Source of the DNA: Myxococcota bacterium
GTDB lineage: Bacteria; Myxococcota; B64-G9
Assembly (NCBI GenBank): GCA_022710975.1
Contig: JAKLGA010000009.1
Coordinates: forward strand, 45,083 to 109,082
Direction of reading: 5' to 3'
DNA: 64,000 nt
Shown here: positions 29,841 to 39,286 of the stretch, piece by piece
Numbering within the stretch: the stretch's first letter is position 1
Layout of the letters: every line of letters begins with the position of its first letter
Made by a program: the position numbers and the translations under genes
Notes under the pieces: model-generated
Database searches by the model: none
The model's input: only the letters and a program-made list of their open reading frames with translations
What the model was told of the DNA's origin: nothing

Positions 29841-31299
29841 CCAGTCCCCGGAGCCCGACACCGGTAGCACGCTGGTGGGCATGACCGCCGTGACGGTGGA
29901 CGAGGGAAGTGGGGACGGGGCACCGGCCGAGGCGCTCCCGGCCGCGCAGGAGGCGCCCGCGTCGCCCCGGGCGGGCCACGACAAGGCCCCGCGCACGAAC
30001 CCGAACCTGGCGCCCGTCCGGCGCCCGCGCGCGGCCTCGGAGCCTACCTTCATGCCCGAGCAGCCCCGCACGGTGACCGCCACCGGCCTGAGCTACTCGT
30101 ACCTCGAGGACCTGGTGCTCAAGCACCTCTTCCAGGCCGGGGACCTGCAGGGCGGGGAGATCGTCCAGCGCACCTGCCTGCCCTCGACCGTCATCGACGA
30201 GATCCTGGGGCGGCTGAAGCGCCTCAAGTTCGTGGACCTCAAGGGCGGCGGGACAGGGCTGGGGCAGAGCCGGATGGTGTACGGGCTCACCGAGGCGGGC
30301 CACGCGGACTGCGAGCTGAGCATGGAGCGCGACCGGTACGTGGGCCCGGCGCCGGTGCCGTTCGCCTACTACCAGCAGGCCGTGGCCGCCCAGACCATCC
30401 GCGGCAACCGGCTCCGGCGCGAGGACCTGGCCCCGCGCTTCACCGATCTGGTCATGCGCGACGAGGTGTACGACGCCATCGGGCCGGCCATGAACAGCGG
30501 CAAGGCGCTCTTCTTCTACGGCCCGCCCGGCAACGGGAAGACCGCCATCTGCCAGCGCATGACCGACTGCTTCGGTGGGGACGTGTTCGTGCCCCACGCC
30601 ATCATCGTGGACGACTTCGTCATCAAGGTGCTGGACGAGACGATCCACCGGCCGCAGCCGCTCCGGCCGGGCGACCCGCCGCTGGACGGCCGCTGGGTGC
30701 GCTGCCACCGGCCGATGGTGATCGTGGGCGGCGAGCTGACCATGGAAGACCTCAACCTGCGCTACTCCTCGGAGGTGCGCTACTACGAGGCGCCCGTCCA
30801 GCTGAAGGCCAACAACGGCATGCTGCTGATCGACGACTTCGGCCGCCAGACCATGTCGCCCAAGGAGCTGCTCAACCGCTGGATCGTGCCCCTGGAGAGC
30901 GAGTTCGACTTCCTGGCCATGCACACGGGCAAGAAGCTGCAGGTGCCCTTCGACGTGTTCGTGGTGTTCTCCACCAACCTGGACCCCAAGGATCTGGTCG
31001 ACGCCGCCTTCCTGCGCAGGGTGCGCTACAAGCTCGAGGTGAGCCGGCCCGACGAGGGGCTGTTCACCGCGATCTTCGAGGCCGAGTGCAAGAAGAGGGG
31101 CATCCCCTACGAGCCGGGGGCGGTGAAGTACCTGGTGGGGCAGCAGTACAAGCCGCGCAACCTGCCCTTCAACGCGTGCGAGCCGCGTGACCTGCTGGCC
31201 CAGGTGACCGACCTGTGCGCCTACCGGGGGCAACCGCCCATGCTGACCCCCGACGTCCTCGACCGGGTGTGCGCCAACTACTTCGTGCGCTTCTCGTAG
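29830..31299 (+). CDS. AAA+ ATPase with N-terminal extension
   Basis: Walker A FFYGPPGNGKTA, Walker B LLIDDFGRQ, sensor-1-like VVFSTN. 11-nt overlap with the kinase gene. N-terminal about 200 aa is Pro/Ala-rich followed by a helical region. Confidence 0.8.
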   Translation: MSRDQSPEPDTGSTLVGMTAVTVDEGSGDGAPAEALPAAQEAPASPRAGHDKAPRTNPNLAPVRRPRAASEPTFMPEQPRTVTATGLSYSYLEDLVLKHLFQAGDLQGGEIVQRTCLPSTVIDEILGRLKRLKFVDLKGGGTGLGQSRMVYGLTEAGHADCELSMERDRYVGPAPVPFAYYQQAVAAQTIRGNRLRREDLAPRFTDLVMRDEVYDAIGPAMNSGKALFFYGPPGNGKTAICQRMTDCFGGDVFVPHAIIVDDFVIKVLDETIHRPQPLRPGDPPLDGRWVRCHRPMVIVGGELTMEDLNLRYSSEVRYYEAPVQLKANNGMLLIDDFGRQTMSPKELLNRWIVPLESEFDFLAMHTGKKLQVPFDVFVVFSTNLDPKDLVDAAFLRRVRYKLEVSRPDEGLFTAIFEAECKKRGIPYEPGAVKYLVGQQYKPRNLPFNACEPRDLLAQVTDLCAYRGQPPMLTPDVLDRVCANYFVRFS

Positions 31300-31327
31300 A
31301 CCCCGGCGGCGCGGCGCTGCCGTCGGC

Positions 31328-31825
31328 TCACCTGGCGGTCGCGGGCGGGGACCAGGCATTCAGCAAGGCGAGCACCTTGGCCGGATCGTGCCGGTCGCCG
31401 GCCTCCAGCGCGCCCGTGTCCTGGGAGTGCAGCAAGGTGCCCCGCGCGTCGAGCACGAACAGATGTGGCACGCCAGGTACCTTGGGGAACCGGGCCAGGA
31501 ACACCTCGTTGGGCTGATCCTTGCTGCGGTGAACCCGCAGGTGCACGTAGCCCTTGGCCAGCGCGGTCGCGATCGCTGCGTCCGTCTCGAACAGCCCGTC
31601 CAGCCTCCGCGTCCACGGGCACCAGTTGCCCCCGACCTCCAGCAGGATGCGCTTGCCCGACGCGGCGGCGGTGGCCTCGGCCGCGGCGAGGTCCGCCTCC
31701 GGGTCGCGCGAGGCGTCGAACCGTTGCACCTCGTGCGGCGCAGCGGGCTCCGCGGCCAGGAGCGGGGACAGCGCGCAGGAGACCCACGCCGTCAGGAGGA
31801 TCCGAGCGTGGAGCGGCAGCGGCAT
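31328..31825 (-). CDS. thioredoxin-fold protein (WCPWT variant), secreted
   Basis: 165 aa from MPLPLHARILLTAWVSCALSPLLA (signal peptide). GGNWCPWT motif in thioredoxin-like position. The 5' 295 codons of track ORF 31328..32713 are rejected (RGP-rich, overlaps the upstream gene). Confidence 0.7.
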   Translation of the reverse strand: MPLPLHARILLTAWVSCALSPLLAAEPAAPHEVQRFDASRDPEADLAAAEATAAASGKRILLEVGGNWCPWTRRLDGLFETDAAIATALAKGYVHLRVHRSKDQPNEVFLARFPKVPGVPHLFVLDARGTLLHSQDTGALEAGDRHDPAKVLALLNAWSPPATAR

Positions 31826-31833
31826 GCGGCACC

Positions 31834-32787
31834 TCAGGGCACGGGGTGGGGGATGAACTCGACGAACCCCTCGGGCGTCCAGCGCAGGAGCCTCCTGGAC
31901 AGCGGGTAGGCCTCGGCCGCGACGAGCTGACCGGCCAGGAGCTGCATGGCCTGGAGCGCCTTGCGGTCCTCGCTGTCGGTGAAGAGCACCACGTCCCGGA
32001 TCGGCGCGCAGGCGACGAGGTCGCCCTTCAGCCTGGCCTTGTGGCCCGCCCACAGCTCGGGCAGCAGCAGCCGGGCGGCCTCGTAGGAGTCGCCGGTCTC
32101 GACGGCCCAGACGCCGGGGAAGTCTGGCAGCGGTTTGGCCGGCGCGTCCGGGCAGGCCTTGCGCAGGTTGGCGAGCGCCAGCGCGGGCACCTCGTCCTCC
32201 TGCAGGGCCAGCTTCTTCAGGTCCGCGCGGGTGAGCAGGGAGGTGGAGGATGGGCGATCGAGCACGTAGGCGATCCACAGGTCCCCCAGAAACCGCCGGG
32301 AGAGGATGGCGTTGTCCTGGGCCTTGTCCTGCGGGGCCGAGGCCAGCAGGCCGAGCACCTTCTGCATGTAGCCGTCGTCCTTGAGCTGTGCGCGGACCAT
32401 GTCCCGGGTGGGCCTGGTGTCGGCGGCCAGGGCCTTCAGGTTCTCCTGGACCGTGCCCGCGAACTGCTCGACCCCGGCCTGGCAGCTCGCCGGGTCCGAC
32501 CGGCAGCGCAGGCTGAGGTTGTCCAGGCTGAGGGTCAGCTGGATGTCGTTGGCCCCTGTCACCAGGAGCGTCCCGGCGTCCTTTCGGGTCACCTGGACGT
32601 CGGGCACGCGTGCGCGGAGGGCGGCCATGAGCTGCTCGGCGAGCCCGGAGACGTCGCCGCCAGGGGGCGCTCCGTCCCCGCGGGGGCCCGGGTCGGGTGG
32701 GGAGGCGGGGCACCCCAGCACCAGCAGGGCCAGGCCGAGGGCGATCGCCGGGGACGCCGGCGTCGAGAGGCAGCGGTGGGTCTTCAC
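31834..32787 (-). CDS. hypothetical lipoprotein
   Basis: 317 aa. Lipobox LVLGC. Balanced composition. 8-nt gap to the downstream thioredoxin-fold gene. Confidence 0.6.
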   Translation of the reverse strand: MKTHRCLSTPASPAIALGLALLVLGCPASPPDPGPRGDGAPPGGDVSGLAEQLMAALRARVPDVQVTRKDAGTLLVTGANDIQLTLSLDNLSLRCRSDPASCQAGVEQFAGTVQENLKALAADTRPTRDMVRAQLKDDGYMQKVLGLLASAPQDKAQDNAILSRRFLGDLWIAYVLDRPSSTSLLTRADLKKLALQEDEVPALALANLRKACPDAPAKPLPDFPGVWAVETGDSYEAARLLLPELWAGHKARLKGDLVACAPIRDVVLFTDSEDRKALQAMQLLAGQLVAAEAYPLSRRLLRWTPEGFVEFIPHPVP

Positions 32788-32800
32788 GCGGGTGTCTCCT

Positions 32801-33832
32801 TCAGCCTGCCACGAGCAGATCGTCGAGGTTGCTCGGGCGAATCGGCCGGGCGCCGGACTCGATCTCGTGGATGAGCTCGGTGAGCCTGGCGTTGAAGGGG
32901 GTGGCCTGGCCGACCCGCCTGGCCTCGGCCACCACGTGGCCGTTCAACCAGTCCACCTCGGTCTTGCGGCCCCGCTCCAGGCTCTGCAGGCTCGACGAGC
33001 GCAGCCGCCGGTAGCGACGTCCGACCAACCGGGCGAGCAGGTCCTTGGCCAGCCGCTTCACGGGCCCGGCATCCCTGGGCAGGTAGAGCAGCATGGGAGC
33101 GGCCGCGATCCGCTCCAGGCGGACGCCCAGCGCCAGGGCCGTGTCGATCACCTCGCTGTAGATCCTCAGAAAAGCGTGCCTGGCGTCGGCCCTGCCCAGC
33201 ATCTCGCCCAGGGTCTGGCCGGTCAAGGCGCCGAGCGTCGTGATGGTGCAGTTGATGGCCAGCTTGGACCACTGGGCCCCGCGGATGTTGTCGGTGAGCA
33301 CCACGGGAGAGGCCGCGCGCGCGTCCTCGGCGGCCTGGGAGAGGCGCGCCGTGCGCCGGCCGTCCAGCTCGCCCAGGTGGATGCTGCCGGGTCCCGTTCG
33401 CTCCACCACGCCGGGCGCGTGCATGCTGCCGCCCCAGCCCACGATGCCAGGAATCACCCGCTCCGCCCCCACGGCGGCGCCGACGAGATCCTGGACGATC
33501 CCGTTCTGGTAGGTCACCACGTGGCCATCCGCCGGATCGAGCAGGGGCATCGTGCGGCGGGCCGCCTCGACGACCCGATCGGCCTTCATCACCAGGTACG
33601 CCGCGCGGTAGCCGCCGGCGAGGCGGGGGACCTCGTCCAGGTCGCCGTACGCCTCCGCCTGCACGCAGTAGGCCTCCTCCGGCGTGGTGACCCGCAGGCC
33701 GCTGGTGCGGATCGCGTCCCGGATGGCGGAGTTGCCGGTCACCAGCACGGGCGCCAGCCCGCGCCGCGCCATGGCACCCGCCAGGATGCCGCCGATACCG
33801 CCGATCCCCTCGATCAGGACCCGAGTCGCCAC
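32801..33832 (-). CDS. panE: 2-dehydropantoate 2-reductase (ketopantoate reductase, ApbA/PanE family)
   Basis: 343 aa. N-terminal Rossmann motif VLIEGIGGIGGILA. Family-typical length and C-terminal helical domain. Confidence 0.8.
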   Translation of the reverse strand: MATRVLIEGIGGIGGILAGAMARRGLAPVLVTGNSAIRDAIRTSGLRVTTPEEAYCVQAEAYGDLDEVPRLAGGYRAAYLVMKADRVVEAARRTMPLLDPADGHVVTYQNGIVQDLVGAAVGAERVIPGIVGWGGSMHAPGVVERTGPGSIHLGELDGRRTARLSQAAEDARAASPVVLTDNIRGAQWSKLAINCTITTLGALTGQTLGEMLGRADARHAFLRIYSEVIDTALALGVRLERIAAAPMLLYLPRDAGPVKRLAKDLLARLVGRRYRRLRSSSLQSLERGRKTEVDWLNGHVVAEARRVGQATPFNARLTELIHEIESGARPIRPSNLDDLLVAG

Positions 33833-33856
33833 CGCGCACCTCCCGGCCTGGGCCCG

Positions 33857-35257
33857 TCATCCGCGAGCAGGCGCGAGCTGCTCGACGCCAGGCGAGGCGT
33901 CACCGGAGCAGTCGCAGGGCAGCAACGACTTGGTCGTGAGCCGCCCGGCCCCGCCGCCGCCGCCGCCGCCGCCCACGTAGGGGTGGAAGTCGCAGTCGTT
34001 CGTGTCGTAGGACTGGCCGTCGCCACCGGGCAGGCCATCCACGGAGCCCTCACCCCCGTCCCCACCCTCGATGTTGCCCACCAGCGCGCAACCCGCGCCA
34101 TCCCGGCCCGCGCCGCCCGCGGCCGCCTGGCCAGGGCTCGCGGCTGCTCCGTCCCCGCCGGCCGAGCCCTCGGTGTTCCCGCCGCCGCCGCCGCCGCCAC
34201 CGTCGGCCGTCATCCGTCCGCTCATCACCACCTGCTCGGCCTCCAGCAGGACCGCGCCGCCCGAGCCCCCGCCCGCGCCCCCGAGGCAGGTGCCGTCCTC
34301 GTCGGGGCCGCCGCCGAGGCCGCCCGCGCCGCTGGCGAGGATCGCGCCGCTCACCTCGACCCGCGTCCGGGCGGAGAGCTGCAGGCCCCCGCCGCCCCCT
34401 CCGCCGGCCTTGCCGCCGCAGCCCGGCTGGCCGGTCTGGCCGCCCAGCAGCGGGGACAGGCGCGCGTCGCCTCGCGCGGCCGGGCCGTTCGAGCCTCCCC
34501 GGCTGCCGAACGAGCCTCCGAAGCCGCCGTACCAGGAGTTGGCCTCGGGCCCGGGGCCCTCCGCGCCGGGGCCCGGTTCGTCCCCGCGCCCCGAGAGCTC
34601 CAGCGTACCGCCGACGGTGATGCTGCGCTCGGCCAGCACGGCGAGCGCGTTCGGGCCCGTCACCCGGAGGCTGGCCGGGACGGTCAGCTCGTCCAGCCGG
34701 CACACGCACACCCCGGGGCCTCCCGCCTGGACGACCACCTGGCAGTCGCCGAGCGACGAACCCGCCGAGCACTGGGTCCCGGTGTCGAACTCGCCCGAGG
34801 CGCTGCGGGTGAGGCCCGTGGCCTGGAAGCCGCCCAGGACCGCGGCGTTCGTGGGCACGAGCTGGCAGCAGGCGTCGCCGCAGCAGCCGTAGGCCCCGCA
34901 GTCGCCCGGGCAGTTGTCCGGCACGCACTCGAGACCGGTCGGGGCGGGGGAGTAGCCGGCCGCGCACTCGCAGTAGGGCTGCTCGTCGGCGTCCAGCCGG
35001 CAGCGCCCGTGGCCGGAGCAGGTCTCGCCCGTGCAGGCCGTCTGGTTGGCCAGCTCGCACCCCAGCCCGTCCTGGCTGGGCACGTAGCCTGCGTCGCAGG
35101 TGCAGCTGGCCTGCCCGGCCTCCACGCTGCACGCGCCGTGGCCCGAGCAGGTCACCTCCGCGCAGGCGTCCTGCCCGTTTCCGCCGCCGCCGCAGGCCGC
35201 CGCCAGGCAGGCCAGGGCGAGGCTCAAGCCGGACCTTGCCACCGCGAGCTCGTGCAT
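33857..35257 (-). CDS. secreted lipoprotein with EGF-like Cys-rich repeats and a Gly-rich C-terminal region
   Basis: Lipobox LACLAAACGG. Repeated CxGHGxC...CxCxxGY modules. Long Gly-rich stretches (GGGGGGGNTEG). Confidence 0.6.
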   Translation of the reverse strand: MHELAVARSGLSLALACLAAACGGGGNGQDACAEVTCSGHGACSVEAGQASCTCDAGYVPSQDGLGCELANQTACTGETCSGHGRCRLDADEQPYCECAAGYSPAPTGLECVPDNCPGDCGAYGCCGDACCQLVPTNAAVLGGFQATGLTRSASGEFDTGTQCSAGSSLGDCQVVVQAGGPGVCVCRLDELTVPASLRVTGPNALAVLAERSITVGGTLELSGRGDEPGPGAEGPGPEANSWYGGFGGSFGSRGGSNGPAARGDARLSPLLGGQTGQPGCGGKAGGGGGGGLQLSARTRVEVSGAILASGAGGLGGGPDEDGTCLGGAGGGSGGAVLLEAEQVVMSGRMTADGGGGGGGGNTEGSAGGDGAAASPGQAAAGGAGRDGAGCALVGNIEGGDGGEGSVDGLPGGDGQSYDTNDCDFHPYVGGGGGGGGAGRLTTKSLLPCDCSGDASPGVEQLAPARG

Positions 35258-35274
35258 GGGTCCTCCTCCCCTTG

Positions 35275-36168
35275 TCAGCCGCCGAAGAACTTGAGCGCAT
35301 CGGGATCGTCGGGCGAGATCTGGAGCACGCGCCGGTAGGCCTGCTGCGCCCCGTCCACCGAGCCCTCCTGCATGTGCACGTGGGCCATCACCTTGAGGAT
35401 GTGCACCGCCTTGGCCGGTTGCTGGAGCTGCGCGAACAGGTTGGCCAGCATGAGCAGCGTCTCCGTGTCCGTGGGCTCGTGCTTGTGGGCGAGCTGGAGC
35501 TTCTGCAGCGCCGAGCGGGTGTCGCCCATCTGCACGTAGATGTTGGCGAGCTCCTTGGCCAGGCCGGTGTCCGAGGGCACGTGCCGCAGCAGCCGCTCAG
35601 CCACCTTGAGGTACTCCTGGAGCCGGCCCTGCTCCTGCAGGGCCTTGGCCGCCTGCCGGAAGGCCTGGACGGCCTCGTCGAGCTGGCCCTGGGCGGAGCA
35701 CAGCTCGGCCAGCCGCAGGCGGTGGGCGATGTTCTTCGGATCGAGCTCCACCAGCTTGCGGTAGATGGCCAGGTGGTCCTTGGTGACGCCGAGCTTCTCC
35801 GACAGCTCGGCCAGCGCGAGCAGGAACTCGGAGGCCTCGGCGGTCATGCCCAGCTTGAGGTGGATGTCCACCAGGTAGCGGTAGGCGTCCACGCACTCCG
35901 GGTCGATCTTGAGCACGGTCTTGAACGCCGCCGCCGATTTGAGCTGGGCCCCCGCCCGGGCCAGGACGGCCCCCAGCCTGAACAAGAAGGGCACCGCGTC
36001 GGAGGGCTGCCCCTGGCGCACGAGCAGCTCGCCCAGCAGGCGCAGGCCGTCCGGATCGTTGGGATCCTCGTCCAGGAGGTGCTGGTACTCCTGCATGGCC
36101 TTCTCGGGCCGGCCCTTCTCCAGGAACCTGGCCGCGGCCTCCAGGTACTTCGCTTTCTTGTCTGCCAT
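35275..36168 (-). CDS. TPR repeat protein
   Basis: 297 aa, mostly helical 34-residue repeats (AYRYLVDIHLKLGMTAEA, AIYRKLVELDPKN). Confidence 0.75.
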   Translation of the reverse strand: MADKKAKYLEAAARFLEKGRPEKAMQEYQHLLDEDPNDPDGLRLLGELLVRQGQPSDAVPFLFRLGAVLARAGAQLKSAAAFKTVLKIDPECVDAYRYLVDIHLKLGMTAEASEFLLALAELSEKLGVTKDHLAIYRKLVELDPKNIAHRLRLAELCSAQGQLDEAVQAFRQAAKALQEQGRLQEYLKVAERLLRHVPSDTGLAKELANIYVQMGDTRSALQKLQLAHKHEPTDTETLLMLANLFAQLQQPAKAVHILKVMAHVHMQEGSVDGAQQAYRRVLQISPDDPDALKFFGG

Positions 36169-36233
36169 GACGGCGAAACCTGCTAGCCTGTCCCCGGGGA
36201 CCGGCCGTAGAGTGGTTCGCGCTGGAAGGTAAC

Positions 36234-39200
36234 ATGAAGCGGCGTGACGGACCAGAGACAGGTGCGGGCGCGCGGTGGCTGCTCGTGGCGGCCGCCGCGG
36301 CAGCCTGCGCGGGCTGCCAGGGGACGGAGGCTGCCTGGCCCGAGCCGCCGGTGCTCTCCGCGGGCGAGTTCCGCGCGCCGCCGCCGGCGGCCCGGCCCTG
36401 GGTGCGTTTCTGGTGGCCGGGCGGGGACGTCGAGGACGGGGAGCTCCGGGCGGAGATCGCCGCCCTGGCCGGCGCGGGTTTCGGCGGCTTCGAGCTGCAG
36501 GCGTTCGACGCGGCCCTCGATCCCGGGCTGCCGCCGGAGGCCCTGGCCCGCCGGTTGTCCTACGACTCCCCGGACTTCCTGGCCCACCTGCGCGTGGCCC
36601 TGGACGGCGCGGCCGAGCAGGGGCTCGGGGTCGATCTCACCCTGGGCTCGGGCTGGCCGGCCTCGGGGGTGCACCTCCAGCCGGCGCAGTCGCTGCGGGC
36701 GCTGTGGTGGAACGAGTGGTCGTTCGAGGGGCCGACCGAGGTGGTGCTGCCTTCGCTGGCGCCGGCGGCGCACGGGTTCTACCAGGTGGCCGAGCTGGCC
36801 GAGGAGCTGGTCGGGGAGCGGATGACCAGGTTCCTGCCGGAGGAGGCCCGGCTGGTGGCCGTGCTGGCCGCGAGGGTGCGCAGCGGCGCCCGCTCGGCTT
36901 CCGTGCTCGACCTGAAGGACTGCCTGGAGCTGAGCGCCTCCTCGCTCGAGGTGCTGACGGACCGGGTCGGGCCGGACGGCGCGCTGCGCTGGAGCGTGCC
37001 CGAGGGCCGCTGGCAGGTGGTGGCCTTCTTCGACGGGCCCGACGGTCAGGTGCCCCAGCTCGTGGCCCAGGCCGGCGAGGGGTGGCTGCTGGATCACTTC
37101 CAGGCCGCCGAGGTCGAGGCCCTGCTCGAGCGCTACCTCGGGGACGGAGCGGGCCTGGGGCCGTACCACGGCGCGCCCGTGCGGGCGGTGTTCTCGGACT
37201 CCTTCGAGCTCAAGTCGGATCGGCACTTCGCCGCCGACTTCCTGGAGGAGTTCCGGCAGCGACGCGGCTACGACCTGACCCCCTGGCTGCCGGCCATGCT
37301 GTGGCCCGGCGCGGACAACTACATCTACGAGGTGGGTCGCGTGGACCGGGCGGCGGAGTTCAGCCTGGGCCCGGACGACGGCCGCGTGCGGCATGACTAC
37401 GCCCGGACGGTGTCGGACCTGTTCGTCGAGCGGTTCCTGCGGACCGGGGAGGCCTGGGCCGGCGCGCGGGGCATGCTCACCCGGGTGCAGAACCACGGCA
37501 TGGAGATCGACGTGCTCCAGGCGGCCGGCGCGGTATCGATCCCCGAGAGCGAGCAGCTCTACGCCGGGGGCAGCGACCTGTTCCTCAAGGTCGCCGCCTC
37601 CGGGGCGCAGCTCCACGGGCGCTCGCTGGTGTCCGCCGAGGCCTTCGTGAGCCCGGGCCGCGACCACATGCTGACGCCGGCCAAGCTGCGGGCGCTGGCC
37701 GACAAGGCCTTCGGCGCCGGGATCAACCAGCTCGTGCTGCACGGCTTCGCCTACGACGCGGCCGGGGCCTACGGCCCCTCGGGCTGGACGCCGTTCTCCT
37801 CCCCCCACGGCGGGACGAACACCTACGCCGCCCACTTCGGTCCCCAGGGCGGTTTGTGGGAGTTCCTGCCAGCGCTCAACACCTACCTGGGCCGTTGCCA
37901 GTGGCTCCTGCGCCAGGGGCGGCCCGTGGCCGACCTGCTGGTGTACTACCCCTGGCTGGGCTTCCCCTCCTCGCTCGCCCTGGAGCCGACCTACCTGGAG
38001 CCGCTGCTGGGAGGCTACCTCGAGGGGATGGAGCCCGAGCTGCGCGAGATGCCCTTCGCTTCGCTGGCGGCGCTGTTCGGGCCCCAGATCACCGCGCCTC
38101 GCACCGCCTGGCTGCTCGCCCTGGCGCCGGTCCTGGCCGCGCTGGAGAGCGCGGGCGTGACCTGGGCGTGGGTGAACGACGAGCGCCTCGAGGCCCTCCG
38201 GCTGCGCGCGGGCAGGCTCGAGGTGGCCGGGGCCTCCTACGGCGCGCTGCTCGTGTTCCAGGCCCCGTGGATGGAGCCCGCCGCGGCCGCGCACCTGGCC
38301 GCGCTGGGAGGAGACGGCGCCGCCGTGCTCTCGATGGGCCCGGCGCCCACGAGCCAGCCCGGCTACGGCGACCGGGAGGCGGGCGACGCGCGCGTGGCGC
38401 GCTCGTTCGAGCGCCTGGAGGCGGGCTCGCGCTCCAGGCTGGTGCGCGACGCCCCGGAGCTCCTGGCCGCGCTGCCAGACGTCGGGGCGGGCCCGGGCGT
38501 GGGCGTGCTACCCGGGGACGGAGCGGGTCCGGAGTGGCGCCTCCTGGCGCGGCGCCTGAGCCAGGAGGGGTACCTGTTCTTCGTGCGGAACCCGTCCCTC
38601 GAGGACTCGAGCGGGCGGCTCCAGATCCGCGGCGGCTGCCCGGAGGCCCGCTTCTGGGACGCCTGGGCCGGGGAGATCTCCAGGGCGGCGGTGGACTCGG
38701 AGGGCCTCGTCCCCCTGAGGCTGGGCGCGCTGGAGTCGGTGTTCCTCGTGTGCGGGGACGGCGCGGAGCCGCCCGGCACGCTCGACCGGCCTGCTTGGGC
38801 GCGCCGCCTCGGGGACGGAGCGCGCGCGGAGCCGCTGACCGCCTGGCACCTGAGGGTGGAGGGGGCGGACGTCGAGGGAGGCATGTTCGAGGCGGACCTG
38901 GACGCCCTCCAGGACTGGCGTGGACTGCCCGGCCTGCAGTCCTGCGGGAGTCCGGGCACGTACACGACCGCGTTCGAGCTCGTGGAGGGCTTCACCAGGG
39001 TCGAGATCGATCTGGGCTGGGTGCAAGGCACCGCCAGGGTGCGGGTGAACGGCCAGGCCGCCGGGGAGCTGCTCGTTCCGCCCTTCCGGCTGGAGGTCGC
39101 GAGCCTGGCCCGGCCGGGGGAGAACGCGCTCGAGGTCGAGGTGCAGGTCCCGCGCAGGAACCGACTCGTGGGCCTGGCGGAGGCCGGGGATCCGCTGGCC

Positions 39201-39275
39201 GCCCAGTTCCAGGGCAAGAGCGCGACCCGTATCGCCAGCGGCCTGCTCGGTCCGGCGTTCGTGTGGGCAGAGTGA
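36234..39275 (+). CDS. large secreted lipoprotein, putative glycoside hydrolase-like
   Basis: 1013 aa. Lipobox AAACAGCQG. N-terminal PWVRFWWPGG motif. Long protein-like frame, while the antisense ORF 36183..38294 is RGP-biased. Function tentative. Confidence 0.6.
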   Translation: MKRRDGPETGAGARWLLVAAAAAACAGCQGTEAAWPEPPVLSAGEFRAPPPAARPWVRFWWPGGDVEDGELRAEIAALAGAGFGGFELQAFDAALDPGLPPEALARRLSYDSPDFLAHLRVALDGAAEQGLGVDLTLGSGWPASGVHLQPAQSLRALWWNEWSFEGPTEVVLPSLAPAAHGFYQVAELAEELVGERMTRFLPEEARLVAVLAARVRSGARSASVLDLKDCLELSASSLEVLTDRVGPDGALRWSVPEGRWQVVAFFDGPDGQVPQLVAQAGEGWLLDHFQAAEVEALLERYLGDGAGLGPYHGAPVRAVFSDSFELKSDRHFAADFLEEFRQRRGYDLTPWLPAMLWPGADNYIYEVGRVDRAAEFSLGPDDGRVRHDYARTVSDLFVERFLRTGEAWAGARGMLTRVQNHGMEIDVLQAAGAVSIPESEQLYAGGSDLFLKVAASGAQLHGRSLVSAEAFVSPGRDHMLTPAKLRALADKAFGAGINQLVLHGFAYDAAGAYGPSGWTPFSSPHGGTNTYAAHFGPQGGLWEFLPALNTYLGRCQWLLRQGRPVADLLVYYPWLGFPSSLALEPTYLEPLLGGYLEGMEPELREMPFASLAALFGPQITAPRTAWLLALAPVLAALESAGVTWAWVNDERLEALRLRAGRLEVAGASYGALLVFQAPWMEPAAAAHLAALGGDGAAVLSMGPAPTSQPGYGDREAGDARVARSFERLEAGSRSRLVRDAPELLAALPDVGAGPGVGVLPGDGAGPEWRLLARRLSQEGYLFFVRNPSLEDSSGRLQIRGGCPEARFWDAWAGEISRAAVDSEGLVPLRLGALESVFLVCGDGAEPPGTLDRPAWARRLGDGARAEPLTAWHLRVEGADVEGGMFEADLDALQDWRGLPGLQSCGSPGTYTTAFELVEGFTRVEIDLGWVQGTARVRVNGQAAGELLVPPFRLEVASLARPGENALEVEVQVPRRNRLVGLAEAGDPLAAQFQGKSATRIASGLLGPAFVWAE

Positions 39276-39286
39276 GGAGCAAACTC

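Noticed and set aside
32381-35338. 985-codon plus-strand ORF
   Set aside because: Antisense to the panE-like and EGF-like lipoprotein genes; Ala/Arg/Gly-rich translation without motifs.
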